From Bradymonadia bacterium (GTDB taxonomy: Bacteria; Myxococcota_A; Bradymonadia; UBA7976; UBA1532): a DNA stretch of 64,000 bases. Of this stretch, positions 9,750 to 18,947 are shown piece by piece; position 1 is the first letter of the stretch, and each line of letters begins with the position of its first letter. The stretch spans positions 192,001 to 256,000 of the forward strand of contig JBKAGE010000075.1 in assembly GCA_046290225.1 (NCBI GenBank), given 5' to 3'. Under the pieces are notes generated by a model. It did no database searches. It saw only the letters and a program-made list of their open reading frames with translations, and was not told where the DNA came from. The translations under genes and the position numbers were made by a program.

Positions 9750-11216
9750 ATGGATCTACTGCTTGAAGACTCGATCTGGAGCGTGCGCCCGCTCACCGCT
9801 GAGGCCGCCGCCGTAGAGGTGGGTGCCATCGAGGATCACCCCCTCGATCCCATGACTCCCCATGTAGAGACCTTGACGCGCTGGCTGATGCGGGCCGGGG
9901 CAGAGCCTCGGCTGGTGCTGGTGTTGTGCTCCGGCGCCGAGGCCAAGGGGCGGTTCGCCACCGCCGTGGGCAACCGCGAGATCGACGTGGTGAAGGCCCC
10001 AGCCACACCCGCCGATGCGATCCACCCCCGGGTGCGCATGCACGAGGGTGATCACTTCAATCGCACGCTGTTTTTGATGGACGGCTTCGAGGCCGGTGAT
10101 CCCACGTCGCTCTTCGAGAAGCTCGATCGGCAGACCTCGATGCTCGCCCGACAGGCCACGTGGGTGGCGGTGGTCATCGAGAGCGTGCAGGCGCTGCAGT
10201 GCATGGCGCAGACGGCGCCCAACCTGATGAAGGCCTTCCACCGGCATTGTCTGGTGCTCGACGAGACCATCGACAACCGGGACGCCCCGGGCATGGCCCT
10301 CTCTGCAGATGCGCAGCTGGTCGCCAGCTGGCGCGCAGAGCAGGCCGTGGCGTGTCTGCTCTACCTGCACGCCATGACGCCCGACGCCGCACCGGATTAC
10401 GACGACTGGTCTCGCCTTGTGCGCAGCGGGTATGCCGTGCACCTCACCGGCCATCAGGCACACCCTGATCGGCGTCGCCTCGTGCAGCTTTGGGATACAG
10501 GGCCTGCCCTCGCCGTGGACGCCGAGGTGCCCTTCGACGTGTCCCTCGCCGGCCCAGGGCTCGCCGAGGCCGTGGCCCGTCATGTGGTTCGGCCGTCGGG
10601 CCGTAAGTCCCTCGGAGAGCGTTGCGTGCAGGCCCTGGTGGAGCACCCCACGGCGCGCTACGCCGGAGATCTCACCGTGGAGGACGTTGAGGGGCTGCAG
10701 CTGATGGCGCGGGTGCGGGCCGCTGCTCAAGGTGGAGCGGCGGTCACCGACGCAGATCGCAAATCGCTCGCCGATTTGGGCCAGGCACAGGCCATCGGTG
10801 CCAACCTCGCGGTGCACGTCTATCTGACCCTCGCCAATGAGGCCGCCACCCGGGGGGATCTCGAGGCCTGTGACATGGCTCTCGCTCAGGCTGACCGGCT
10901 CTCGGAGCTGCGACAAGGTGTGGCCCCGGAGCTGGCCTTCGAGGTGGCGGACAAGATGGCCCGCATGCACATGTGGCAACACCGTACCCGAGAGGGTCGC
11001 GGCACCCTCGAGAAGGCTCTGGGCCTCGTACATCTCGCCCACAGCCCGTTCTATCGAGGTCGGGGGCTGCTGTTGCAGGGGGACCTGACCCGCGACCTTG
11101 ACCCCACGAAGGCCCGCCAGTACTACACAGAGGCAGAGCGCATCTTCTCTGCGAGCGGCTATCCCCGAGAGGTGATGATGGCCCGTGAAGGCCTCGAGGC
11201 CCTGAACGACGCCTGA
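9750..11216 (+). CDS. Hypothetical protein with C-terminal TPR-like helices
   Basis: ATG at 9750 after GGAGAGG; C-terminal helical repeats (KARQYYTEAERIFSASG). Confidence 0.65.
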   Translation: MDLLLEDSIWSVRPLTAEAAAVEVGAIEDHPLDPMTPHVETLTRWLMRAGAEPRLVLVLCSGAEAKGRFATAVGNREIDVVKAPATPADAIHPRVRMHEGDHFNRTLFLMDGFEAGDPTSLFEKLDRQTSMLARQATWVAVVIESVQALQCMAQTAPNLMKAFHRHCLVLDETIDNRDAPGMALSADAQLVASWRAEQAVACLLYLHAMTPDAAPDYDDWSRLVRSGYAVHLTGHQAHPDRRRLVQLWDTGPALAVDAEVPFDVSLAGPGLAEAVARHVVRPSGRKSLGERCVQALVEHPTARYAGDLTVEDVEGLQLMARVRAAAQGGAAVTDADRKSLADLGQAQAIGANLAVHVYLTLANEAATRGDLEACDMALAQADRLSELRQGVAPELAFEVADKMARMHMWQHRTREGRGTLEKALGLVHLAHSPFYRGRGLLLQGDLTRDLDPTKARQYYTEAERIFSASGYPREVMMAREGLEALNDA

Positions 11217-11242
11217 GGCCGCTCAGACTTTTCTGGAGTGCC

Positions 11243-12238
11243 ATGATCCTCGCCTCCACCTCGAACGACAGCCCTAACCGAGCTCGATCCCACAGAATCG
11301 GTACAGCCCTGATGCTGATGTGCATGTGTGCGCCTTTCGGGTGCGGTAAAGCACCTGAGGGCAGCACGACACAGGCAGAGCAGAGCGCCAAAGCACCTGA
11401 TGCAGCCCCTCGAAAAGCACAGGTTTTCTTGAAGAGCGTGCGGGTGGTGGACGGCACGCCCGCAGATCGGCGTCCGGTGAGTCTGCCCCTGCCACCCCTC
11501 GAAGGTGGCCTCAAGGGCGCCTTCGAGGCCGCTGGCTTCGACCCAGGGGAGCACACCGCCGTTTCGGGACCGATTTGGAAGGTTCGGGCAGGGGCCCAAG
11601 TGGTCTATGGATTTACATCCGGCGAGGGGCTGCTCACAGAAGCCGCCCCTGACAGCACCGCCAAGGTGGTGTGGACGCTGGAGGTGAAGTTCGAGGAGAC
11701 CGAGACCTACGACAACCAGTTTGTGGTGATTGAGCACACTGCAGAGGGGCCGGCAGGTCCTGATCCCAAGGCCACCCTCGAGGCCCTCTCCAAAAAGGCC
11801 CTCGGTGAGGTGAGTGCCACCCTCGGCGGGTACAAGGCGGTGCTCACGCTGCCACGCGCCGAGGTGGAGGGCCGCCTCGATGACCCGTCGCCTTCCATTC
11901 GGATGGCAGCCGTGGATCGCCTCGCCGCCCTCGGTGAGAAAGATGCTGTGCCCGCTTTGGTGAAGCGGGTGAAGGTGGAGACCGACAAGACCATCAAGCT
12001 GCGCATCGTCGGCGCCTTCGAAGAGCTGCGGGACCCACGGGCCGAAGATGTCCTCATCGACCTCGCTGATCCCCGCGATCGAGAGATGCTGCACGTGGCG
12101 GTGCTGGCCCTCGCGGTGCTCAAGACACCTCGGGCCAACGACTTCCTCGAGATCCTCGCCAGCCATGATGCACCGGATGTTCGGGCCCTCGTCGCCGAGG
12201 CCCGTCGGCAGCTGGGTGAAGGCAACACAGCCCCATGA
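11243..12238 (+). CDS. HEAT-repeat lipoprotein
   Basis: Lipobox-like PFGC; C-terminal repeats IRMAAVDRLAALG, KLRIVGAFEELRD, VAVLALAVLK. Confidence 0.75.
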   Translation: MILASTSNDSPNRARSHRIGTALMLMCMCAPFGCGKAPEGSTTQAEQSAKAPDAAPRKAQVFLKSVRVVDGTPADRRPVSLPLPPLEGGLKGAFEAAGFDPGEHTAVSGPIWKVRAGAQVVYGFTSGEGLLTEAAPDSTAKVVWTLEVKFEETETYDNQFVVIEHTAEGPAGPDPKATLEALSKKALGEVSATLGGYKAVLTLPRAEVEGRLDDPSPSIRMAAVDRLAALGEKDAVPALVKRVKVETDKTIKLRIVGAFEELRDPRAEDVLIDLADPRDREMLHVAVLALAVLKTPRANDFLEILASHDAPDVRALVAEARRQLGEGNTAP

Positions 12239-13029
12239 AGACGTTGTCGTTTGGTCGTGAGGGTGAGGTCGAGTTGATCCGTGACGACGCCATCGCCACG
12301 CTCCGCGTAAACCGCCCGCACCGCCGAAACGCCCTGGCGCGGACCACGATGACTGCCCTCGGCGAGGCGGTGAGCTGCCTCGAGGGCGTGCCCCGGGGCG
12401 AAGTGAAGGCCGTGGTCCTCTGTGGCGCAGGTGATCGCTTCATCGCCGGTGGTGATCTCTACGATCTCGCTGCCCTCACCACGGCAGAGTCCGGGGCTCA
12501 GATGGCGGAGACGATGCAGCACACGCTCCGTCGCCTCGAAGGCCTGCCCATGCCGATCATTGCCGCCATCGATGGCCACGCCCTCGGCGGAGGGGCCGAG
12601 GTGGCCCTGGCATGTGACCTCCGCCTCATGGCCCCGGGGGCCATCATCGGGTTTCGGCAGATCAGGCTGGCGGTGACCACAGCCTGGGGCGCTGCCCGGC
12701 GTTTGCGCGCGCTCGTGGGCCCTGGCGTGGCCCGCAGGCTCTTGTGGACGGGGGAAGACCTCACCGCCAGCGAGGCGTTGTCCCTGGGGCTCGTGGAGAT
12801 GGTGGCCCCCGAAGGGCAGGGGGCTCGCGTGGCGGCGGAGGCATGTGCCCATATGCTCGCCGAGCGAGACTTTGAAGCCCTCGCGGGTCTCAAGGCCATC
12901 CTGCAAGCGGCGGAGCCCGATGCCTCGCCCGTAGAGGCGGTCGAGCGGGAAATTTTTGGTGAATGCTGGGGCGCAGAGCCCCACCTGAACATCGTGGAGG
13001 CATGGCTTGAGCGCTCGTCAAAGGCTTGA
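12235..13029 (+). CDS. Enoyl-CoA hydratase/isomerase family protein
   Basis: NRPHRRNAL, FIAGGDL, IAAIDGHALGGGAEVALACDLR. Confidence 0.9.
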   Translation: MKTLSFGREGEVELIRDDAIATLRVNRPHRRNALARTTMTALGEAVSCLEGVPRGEVKAVVLCGAGDRFIAGGDLYDLAALTTAESGAQMAETMQHTLRRLEGLPMPIIAAIDGHALGGGAEVALACDLRLMAPGAIIGFRQIRLAVTTAWGAARRLRALVGPGVARRLLWTGEDLTASEALSLGLVEMVAPEGQGARVAAEACAHMLAERDFEALAGLKAILQAAEPDASPVEAVEREIFGECWGAEPHLNIVEAWLERSSKA

Positions 13030-13456
13030 ACTCGTCCTGGCGCTGACTCTCGTCTCGTCGACATTCGCCGTGGCCCAGCCACGGATCGTGGTGCTCCCCG
13101 AAGAGGGAAGTGGGGCAAAGGCTGGGGTGGGCAACCTCACCCTCAAGCGCGGTGTGCTCGACAAAGCGATCGCCCAGGGGCCCCAGCGACTCATCGCCTC
13201 CATCGACGTCCAACCCCATATGGTGGGCGGCCAGTTCGTCGGCCATCAGGTGGTGGCCTTTCGCCGTGACGGGCTGCTGGCCGGCTGTCGCCAGATCAAA
13301 GCCGGAGACGTGCTCATCGCCGTGAACGGTGAGTCCCTCGCGCGGCCGAGCCAGTTCATGCACGCATGGGGTACGCTCGCCGAGGCCGAGGCGATCAAAG
13401 TCGAGCTGATGCGGGGTGATCAGCCCATGGTCCTCACCTGGAAGATCGTGCCCTGA
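13007..13456 (+). CDS. Secreted PDZ-domain protein (GspC C-terminal-like)
   Basis: Signal peptide; IKAGDVLIAVNGESL; VELMRGDQ. Confidence 0.7.
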   Translation: MSARQRLELVLALTLVSSTFAVAQPRIVVLPEEGSGAKAGVGNLTLKRGVLDKAIAQGPQRLIASIDVQPHMVGGQFVGHQVVAFRRDGLLAGCRQIKAGDVLIAVNGESLARPSQFMHAWGTLAEAEAIKVELMRGDQPMVLTWKIVP

Positions 13457-13457
13457 G

Positions 13458-14126
13458 GTGACGACGGCACTCCACGATCACCGGCCCTCTCCTGCCCCCC
13501 TCCTCGGGGCCGCCATCGCCGCCCAGGTGGCCATCATGGTGGCCCCGATGTCCATGGCGGGGCTGGAGCCTACACCGGGCTGGGCGGTGTTGCTGGTGGC
13601 CCCCCTGGCCCTGCTGGCATTGGGCGTCTGGCGCAGGTCGATCGCGGCGCTGCTCCTCGGTGTGCCTCTCGGGTGGTCTCTGAGTGCGTTTCACTTGCCC
13701 CAGGGGGCCTGGACCCTCTCTGGCAGCGCCGTGGCGCTCGCCGGCGCCATGGCCTACCTCGTCGCGGCGTTGTTGTGGTGCCGGCGCGGTGGGGCAGGGG
13801 CCGAAGAGCTGGCGTTGACCTGGCAGAACGCCGACGATGCCAGCTCCCTCGGCAGCGCTCGCCCCTGGCTCGGTGGCTGGTTGGTGGCCGGTCCGGTGTT
13901 GGGGGCAGCCCTCTGGCCCGGTTGCCTTGAAGGGGCTTACCAGGGGTTTCCTCAGGCACCAGGCATCGCCCAGGTGGGCCTGGTACTTCTGGGGTTGTTG
14001 GTGGGGCTGGCCATCGGCTCCGATCTGCTCCGACCCCGGCCGGCCCCCACAGGCCGTCGGCGCCGAGCGGTGATGCTGGCCATGGTGGGCGGGCTGTGTC
14101 TCACAGGGTATGGGATCTGGGTATGA
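13458..14126 (+). CDS. Hypothetical multi-pass membrane protein
   Basis: GTG at 13458 directly after the upstream stop; several hydrophobic segments. Confidence 0.6.
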   Translation: MTTALHDHRPSPAPLLGAAIAAQVAIMVAPMSMAGLEPTPGWAVLLVAPLALLALGVWRRSIAALLLGVPLGWSLSAFHLPQGAWTLSGSAVALAGAMAYLVAALLWCRRGGAGAEELALTWQNADDASSLGSARPWLGGWLVAGPVLGAALWPGCLEGAYQGFPQAPGIAQVGLVLLGLLVGLAIGSDLLRPRPAPTGRRRRAVMLAMVGGLCLTGYGIWV

Positions 14127-14136
14127 GAGGTGAGCA

Positions 14137-14343
14137 GTGGCGAGCGTGAGGCGCCCGGCGGGGTTTTTGGGCATCGGCTGTGTTGTGGCCGTGGTGCCGC
14201 TCATCATCCTGGGCATCGAGCACTTGTCCGTCCGTGATTATGTGGGCGGTGGGCTGTTGATCTTTGCTGCTGCCGCCGTCGGGCACCTCGGGCTCGAGCT
14301 GATGGCCCTCTCTGAGAAGGGCGGAGGCGAGGAGGTCCAATGA
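14137..14343 (+). CDS. Small two-TM membrane protein
   Basis: GAGGTG RBS; two hydrophobic helices; ATGA overlap with the next gene. Confidence 0.55.
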   Translation: MASVRRPAGFLGIGCVVAVVPLIILGIEHLSVRDYVGGGLLIFAAAAVGHLGLELMALSEKGGGEEVQ

Positions 14344-15236
14344 AGGCATGGCTTGGGGGTGTGTTGGGCTGTGTGGCTGCCTTCGGATGCCTGAGCGCTG
14401 TGTGGGTCGGCTCGGCCTCGGCGCAGAGCGAGGTGGTGGCGACGGGCACCCACAAGGGCGTGGAGTTTTCCATCACGGCCTCGGCCGTGGCCCAGTGGTT
14501 GTCCGAGCGTCCAGAGGACACCCCTCGTCAGGCCGTAGATCATCTCGTGGCCGTCGAGCTCCTGTCCATCGAAGCTGCTGCGGCAGGCTTCGCAGATCAT
14601 CCCGATGTCAGAGGGGCCGTGAGCCCAGTGCTGATCCATCGTTATCTACGGGACCAGTTCGAGGCGGACGTGCGCCCCGGCAACTTGCCCGAGCACTATC
14701 TCAGACGGGCATATGCCGCCCGGCGAGGGTACTTCAACCATCCCGAGCTGCGCTTCGTGGCCCACTGGGTGATCACCACTGAAGACGGCAAGTCGCCCAC
14801 TGATCCCGCACAGGCCGAAGGGATGCGGGCGCTGTGTGCCCAGGTGCAGGCCGAAACACTCTCCGCCTCACCCGAGAGCCGCAAGGCGTTCCTCGATCAC
14901 GTCGCCCAGTACGCGGAGCCGGCACGGGCCATGGGCCTGATGGCCAAGGGGGAGGGCCTGCCGCCCTTCAGCAACCCCGGCGGATATGATCCCGTGTTCA
15001 CCGAGGCCGCCTTCGCGATGTACACCCCCAATGAGATCAGCCCTCCAGTGCAGACCCGGTTCGGGTGTCATGTGATCTGGCTCGAAAAGGCCAAGGCTGC
15101 CCGCAGCGATGGCTACGAGACAGCCAAGGCAGAGTTGGAGGAGAAGCTGCTCGACATCGTGCGCACCGAAGAGCTCAAGGGTCGCTTCGCCACGCTCTCC
15201 GAGGTCCACGAGGTGCAAGTGCTGGCCCAGCCCTGA
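14340..15236 (+). CDS. PpiC/parvulin-type peptidyl-prolyl isomerase, exported
   Basis: Signal peptide; YDPVFTEAAFAM...ISPPVQTRFGCHVIWL. Confidence 0.8.
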   Translation: MKAWLGGVLGCVAAFGCLSAVWVGSASAQSEVVATGTHKGVEFSITASAVAQWLSERPEDTPRQAVDHLVAVELLSIEAAAAGFADHPDVRGAVSPVLIHRYLRDQFEADVRPGNLPEHYLRRAYAARRGYFNHPELRFVAHWVITTEDGKSPTDPAQAEGMRALCAQVQAETLSASPESRKAFLDHVAQYAEPARAMGLMAKGEGLPPFSNPGGYDPVFTEAAFAMYTPNEISPPVQTRFGCHVIWLEKAKAARSDGYETAKAELEEKLLDIVRTEELKGRFATLSEVHEVQVLAQP

Positions 15237-15322
15237 CAGGGGCTTTGGCGCCTCTCGACACTGCTCGACTTTCCGCACCTCGGCTGCCGCTGCTACACTG
15301 CGGGCCCGAGATCGTGAGGTCG

Positions 15323-17002
15323 GTGACGACCTTGCCCAGGAGGTGCATCTTGCCCACACGCCCCATAAACTCTGCTCTGGCCATGTTGCTGGGGTTGATT
15401 TGCCTTTCGATCCCCGAGCAGGCCTCTGCTGTAGATGCCGTGACCTCTGCCTCTCAGCAGGCAGTGCAGGCAGGGAGCAACGGGGTCTCGATCTGGATCG
15501 TGGGTCGGGGGTTCGCCCAGGGCGCTCAGGTGGAGATCTCCGGCGATGGCATCACGGCGAGCGGCGCCCCTCAGGTGGTGCCCGAGGCGTCGAGGGTGGA
15601 TGGCGGTCGCGGTGACGGCATCACCTTCACCTTCGACATCGAGCGCGGTGCCGCCGTGGGTCCGCGTGACATCACCGTCACCAACCCCGATGGGGGCTCG
15701 TCGACAGGCATGGGCATCTTCGAGGTGCTGCCCGCTGGCCCCGAGCCCGAGCCGGACCCTGATCCCGACCCGAACCCGGATCCCGACCCGAACCCGGATC
15801 CTGATCCGAACCCAGAGCCCGAGCCTGAGCCCATGCCCCCGCAGCAGGGGGGGACCGTGGACGTCGTCACCCGCGCCAGCCCCCGCTTCGGCGAGCAGGG
15901 GGCGCAGATCAATGTGTGGATCGTCGGCCGCGACTTCGCCCCTGGCGCCGAGATCACTTTCAGCCAGCCTGGCATCGGCCAGGCCACGGTGAACGACGAG
16001 GCGTTGCCCTATGAGCTGGTGGCCCGGGCCGACAGCGAGGGTGGCGAGTACGACGGCATCACTTACTACATGCGCATCAACGCCGAGGTCCCCGTGGGCC
16101 CCGTCGATATTCAGGTGACCAACCCCGACGGCTCTACGGCTGTGGGCAAGAACATCTTTCAGATCGTCGAGCCCGGCACGTTGCCGCCTCCAGAGCCCGG
16201 CGATGGCGACGTAGACGAGATCACCGGCGCCAGCCCGAGGGCGATCCGAGCTGGGCGGCACGTCTCCATGTGGATCTGGGGCAAGGGCTTCGACAACGGC
16301 GCCACCCTCGAGTACTCGAACCCGCGTATCACGTCGTATGCGCCGCCCCAGGTGGTGAAGCGATCGACCACACACCCGGGCTTTTCTGGGATCCGCAGCT
16401 TCATCATCGTGGAGCCCGACGCCCCTGCAGGTGGGGTGCAGCTTCGAGTGACCAACCCCAACGGCACTCAAGCCGTGGGCAACGGGCTGCTCGAAGTGGT
16501 GGGCGGCACCGGCAGCCCTGGTGGGGCAGTGAACCCAGGCGGTGGTGGCGGCGGCGCCGAGGTCGGCGGACCCTGCCCTGACGAGCTGACCATCCTCGAG
16601 TCCGTCGAGCAGGTCGTGCCCGGAGAGGTGGAGCCCGGAGAGACCTTCAATATGGCCATCGTCGGTCGAGGCTTCGCTTGCGGGGCCAGCATCGTCATCA
16701 CAGGCGGCGGCCTGAAGGCCCTCGATCAGCCTCGGCTGGTGGCCAGCGATCCGAATGACCCTTTCAAGCGCACACTGTTCTGGCAGGTGGAGGTCCTCGA
16801 AGATGCCCGGCCTGGTGTGCGGGATGTCACGGTGGTGAACCCCAACAACACCAACAAAACCCTCACGGGTGCCTTCACTGTGGTCGCCGCAGAGGAGGCT
16901 TCTCAGGGCGTAAAGTGCAGCGCAGGGCCGACCACCCACAACCCGCTCATGTGGTTGATCGTGCCAGCGCTCTGGTTGATCCGCCGCCGCCGTCAGGGGT
17001 GA
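15323..17002 (+). CDS. Surface protein with four IPT/TIG-like Ig repeats and a MYXO-CTERM-like sorting signal
   Basis: GTG start after GAGGT; four repeats of xIxGxxFxxGA...V(T/V)NP(D/N); Pro-Asp linker; C-terminus GVKCSAG...LMWLIVPALWLIRRRRQG. Confidence 0.75.
   Translation: MTTLPRRCILPTRPINSALAMLLGLICLSIPEQASAVDAVTSASQQAVQAGSNGVSIWIVGRGFAQGAQVEISGDGITASGAPQVVPEASRVDGGRGDGITFTFDIERGAAVGPRDITVTNPDGGSSTGMGIFEVLPAGPEPEPDPDPDPNPDPDPNPDPDPNPEPEPEPMPPQQGGTVDVVTRASPRFGEQGAQINVWIVGRDFAPGAEITFSQPGIGQATVNDEALPYELVARADSEGGEYDGITYYMRINAEVPVGPVDIQVTNPDGSTAVGKNIFQIVEPGTLPPPEPGDGDVDEITGASPRAIRAGRHVSMWIWGKGFDNGATLEYSNPRITSYAPPQVVKRSTTHPGFSGIRSFIIVEPDAPAGGVQLRVTNPNGTQAVGNGLLEVVGGTGSPGGAVNPGGGGGGAEVGGPCPDELTILESVEQVVPGEVEPGETFNMAIVGRGFACGASIVITGGGLKALDQPRLVASDPNDPFKRTLFWQVEVLEDARPGVRDVTVVNPNNTNKTLTGAFTVVAAEEASQGVKCSAGPTTHNPLMWLIVPALWLIRRRRQG
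15740..15832 (+). repeat. Coding hexamer tandem repeat (PE/PD/PN)n linker
   Basis: ccggaccctgatcccgacccgaacccggatcccgacccgaacccggat..., encoding PEPEPDPDPDPNPDPDPNPDPDPNPEPEPEP. Confidence 0.85.
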
Positions 17003-17003
17003 G

Positions 17004-18905
17004 GTGACCATTCCTCGCGTCATGCGTTCATGTGCAGGTTTGATGTCGTTGCTGCTGCTCGCTGCGTGTGGCGGCACACCCAAGCAACCTTCTGAGCCAC
17101 TTCCACCACCTCCACCAGCCTATACAGACGTCCCCGACGCCCTGGCCCTCGCCACTGTGCGTCTGGATCGCTTGCCCAAGCTCGCGGCGAAGCTGGAGCG
17201 TGGCCTCGGCTCCGAAGGGGAGACCGCCGAGGCCTGGCGCGCCCTGCGTCAGCGTCTGGAAGACGCTCTGGACGATCTGGCCATGGGCGAGCTCTCCGCA
17301 GCGGAGGGCAACGAAGCGCCCTCAAAGGGTTGGGGCCTCCGCCGAACCACGCCCATCGGGATCACCCTCGGCGCTGTGGGGGGTAAACCCATGGCCCAGA
17401 CCTTGAGCACGCTGATCCAGGTGCTCGCAGGTGATCCACCACCGGCGCTGGCGAGTCTGGGCACTCAAGGGGCTGTGGACGCCACCCTCGCCGATGTGCC
17501 CCCAGCGGTGTGGCATGCCCGCGTCACCCTCGGCGTGGCACAATCCACCACCCTTCAGCGCGCCCTGACCGCGGTGGCGCAGCGACTGGGCTGGTCGCCG
17601 TACGCCGTCGGCGCGCCGCCGCCAGAGTGGGCTTCGGCGGTGCCCTGGCCTGCAGACACCCTGTGGGCCGCATACAATGATGAGTCCGGGCACCTTGTCG
17701 TGGCCCGGGTCCGTGACACCCACGGCGCCATCGACGTCGTCGCTGCGGCGACCCCCGCGGTGAAGCCGGAGGCGCTGCTTCCCCTGGCGTTGCGTACGGG
17801 GGAGCGCTGGCCGCGCGGTGAGAAAGCCATGGCCTTGAGCCTGCGGCCGGAGGCCATCGCCCCCCTCGAAGCGGCCATCGATGGTCACCTCGGCCTGCTC
17901 AATGCCACCCGCCTCGAAGGGACCCAGCGTCTCGAGGTGCTCCAGGCCATCGCCGGCCTCACCGCCGCCTGCGCGGGCCTCTGGCAGCGCCTGAGCCGCG
18001 TGGCGCGCCAGATCGATCTGACGCTCGACGTCGACAACGCCGGCATCAACCTCGAAGGTGAGGTGAAGCTCACGGCGAGAGGGCGTCGAGCGTGGCAGGC
18101 CGTCGTGGTGCCCCCCATCTTTGGCCAGCAGGCCTCGGCGAAGGCGCCAGCGGGGTTTCAAATCACCGCGGGCCGGGTGCCGTTCGTGGAGCGCATCAAG
18201 CTGGCGGACATGCCAGAGACCCCCGAGCGCCTCATCGATGAGATCAGCGGCTGCGGCGCCGGGCATCCGGCGTTGTCTTCGGTGTTGATGCTCGCCGTGC
18301 TGCCCGCAGTGGTGGGCCCAGAGGCCTTGCCGGTGCCCCAGCCCGACTCTGGCCCCCTCGCCGGCAGCCACCCTGAAGCCCAGGGCGCGGTCTTTCTCGG
18401 GTTTCAGAACCACGATGGAGAGCCGGTCCCCCGAGTAGGCGCCGTCGCCATCGGCCCCGATGGGGCGATCCCACCTGATGGCGAGCCCCTGGGATCAGAG
18501 GCCCGCTTGGAGATGACCCCCGTGGGCCCGCGATGGACGCTGGACAACGGCGGGCTGCCCATCGGCTACCTTCGCCAGCCCCGTGGCCGAGGCCGCACTG
18601 CGGTGATGATGACCTTCGGCACCGAGGCGCTCAAGGCCATGGAGGGCATCATCGTAGAGCCCGTGGCGCCAGGCCCGCGGCGCATGTTTCTCGAAGCCTG
18701 GCTCAAGCCCGGCGATCTCGCCCGCAGCCTCGAACAGACCGACAGCCTCTCTGTAGACGCGAGTCCGCTGCGGGGGATCGAAGCCCGGCTCGGGTCGATC
18801 CACCTCTCCGGACACCTCGAAGGGGATCGGCTGATCTACATGTTGAAGGTGGGCAAAACCGCCTCTGTGACCGCCACGCTTGATCACAGGCGAGGGGCAT
18901 ACTAG
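17004..18905 (+). CDS. Hypothetical lipoprotein
   Basis: Lipobox LAAC, Pro-rich linker, 633-aa ORF starting 1 nt after the upstream stop. Confidence 0.7.
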   Translation: MTIPRVMRSCAGLMSLLLLAACGGTPKQPSEPLPPPPPAYTDVPDALALATVRLDRLPKLAAKLERGLGSEGETAEAWRALRQRLEDALDDLAMGELSAAEGNEAPSKGWGLRRTTPIGITLGAVGGKPMAQTLSTLIQVLAGDPPPALASLGTQGAVDATLADVPPAVWHARVTLGVAQSTTLQRALTAVAQRLGWSPYAVGAPPPEWASAVPWPADTLWAAYNDESGHLVVARVRDTHGAIDVVAAATPAVKPEALLPLALRTGERWPRGEKAMALSLRPEAIAPLEAAIDGHLGLLNATRLEGTQRLEVLQAIAGLTAACAGLWQRLSRVARQIDLTLDVDNAGINLEGEVKLTARGRRAWQAVVVPPIFGQQASAKAPAGFQITAGRVPFVERIKLADMPETPERLIDEISGCGAGHPALSSVLMLAVLPAVVGPEALPVPQPDSGPLAGSHPEAQGAVFLGFQNHDGEPVPRVGAVAIGPDGAIPPDGEPLGSEARLEMTPVGPRWTLDNGGLPIGYLRQPRGRGRTAVMMTFGTEALKAMEGIIVEPVAPGPRRMFLEAWLKPGDLARSLEQTDSLSVDASPLRGIEARLGSIHLSGHLEGDRLIYMLKVGKTASVTATLDHRRGAY

Positions 18906-18947
18906 AGCAATATCAGGCAACACCACGGGACACCCCCGGAGAATGGC

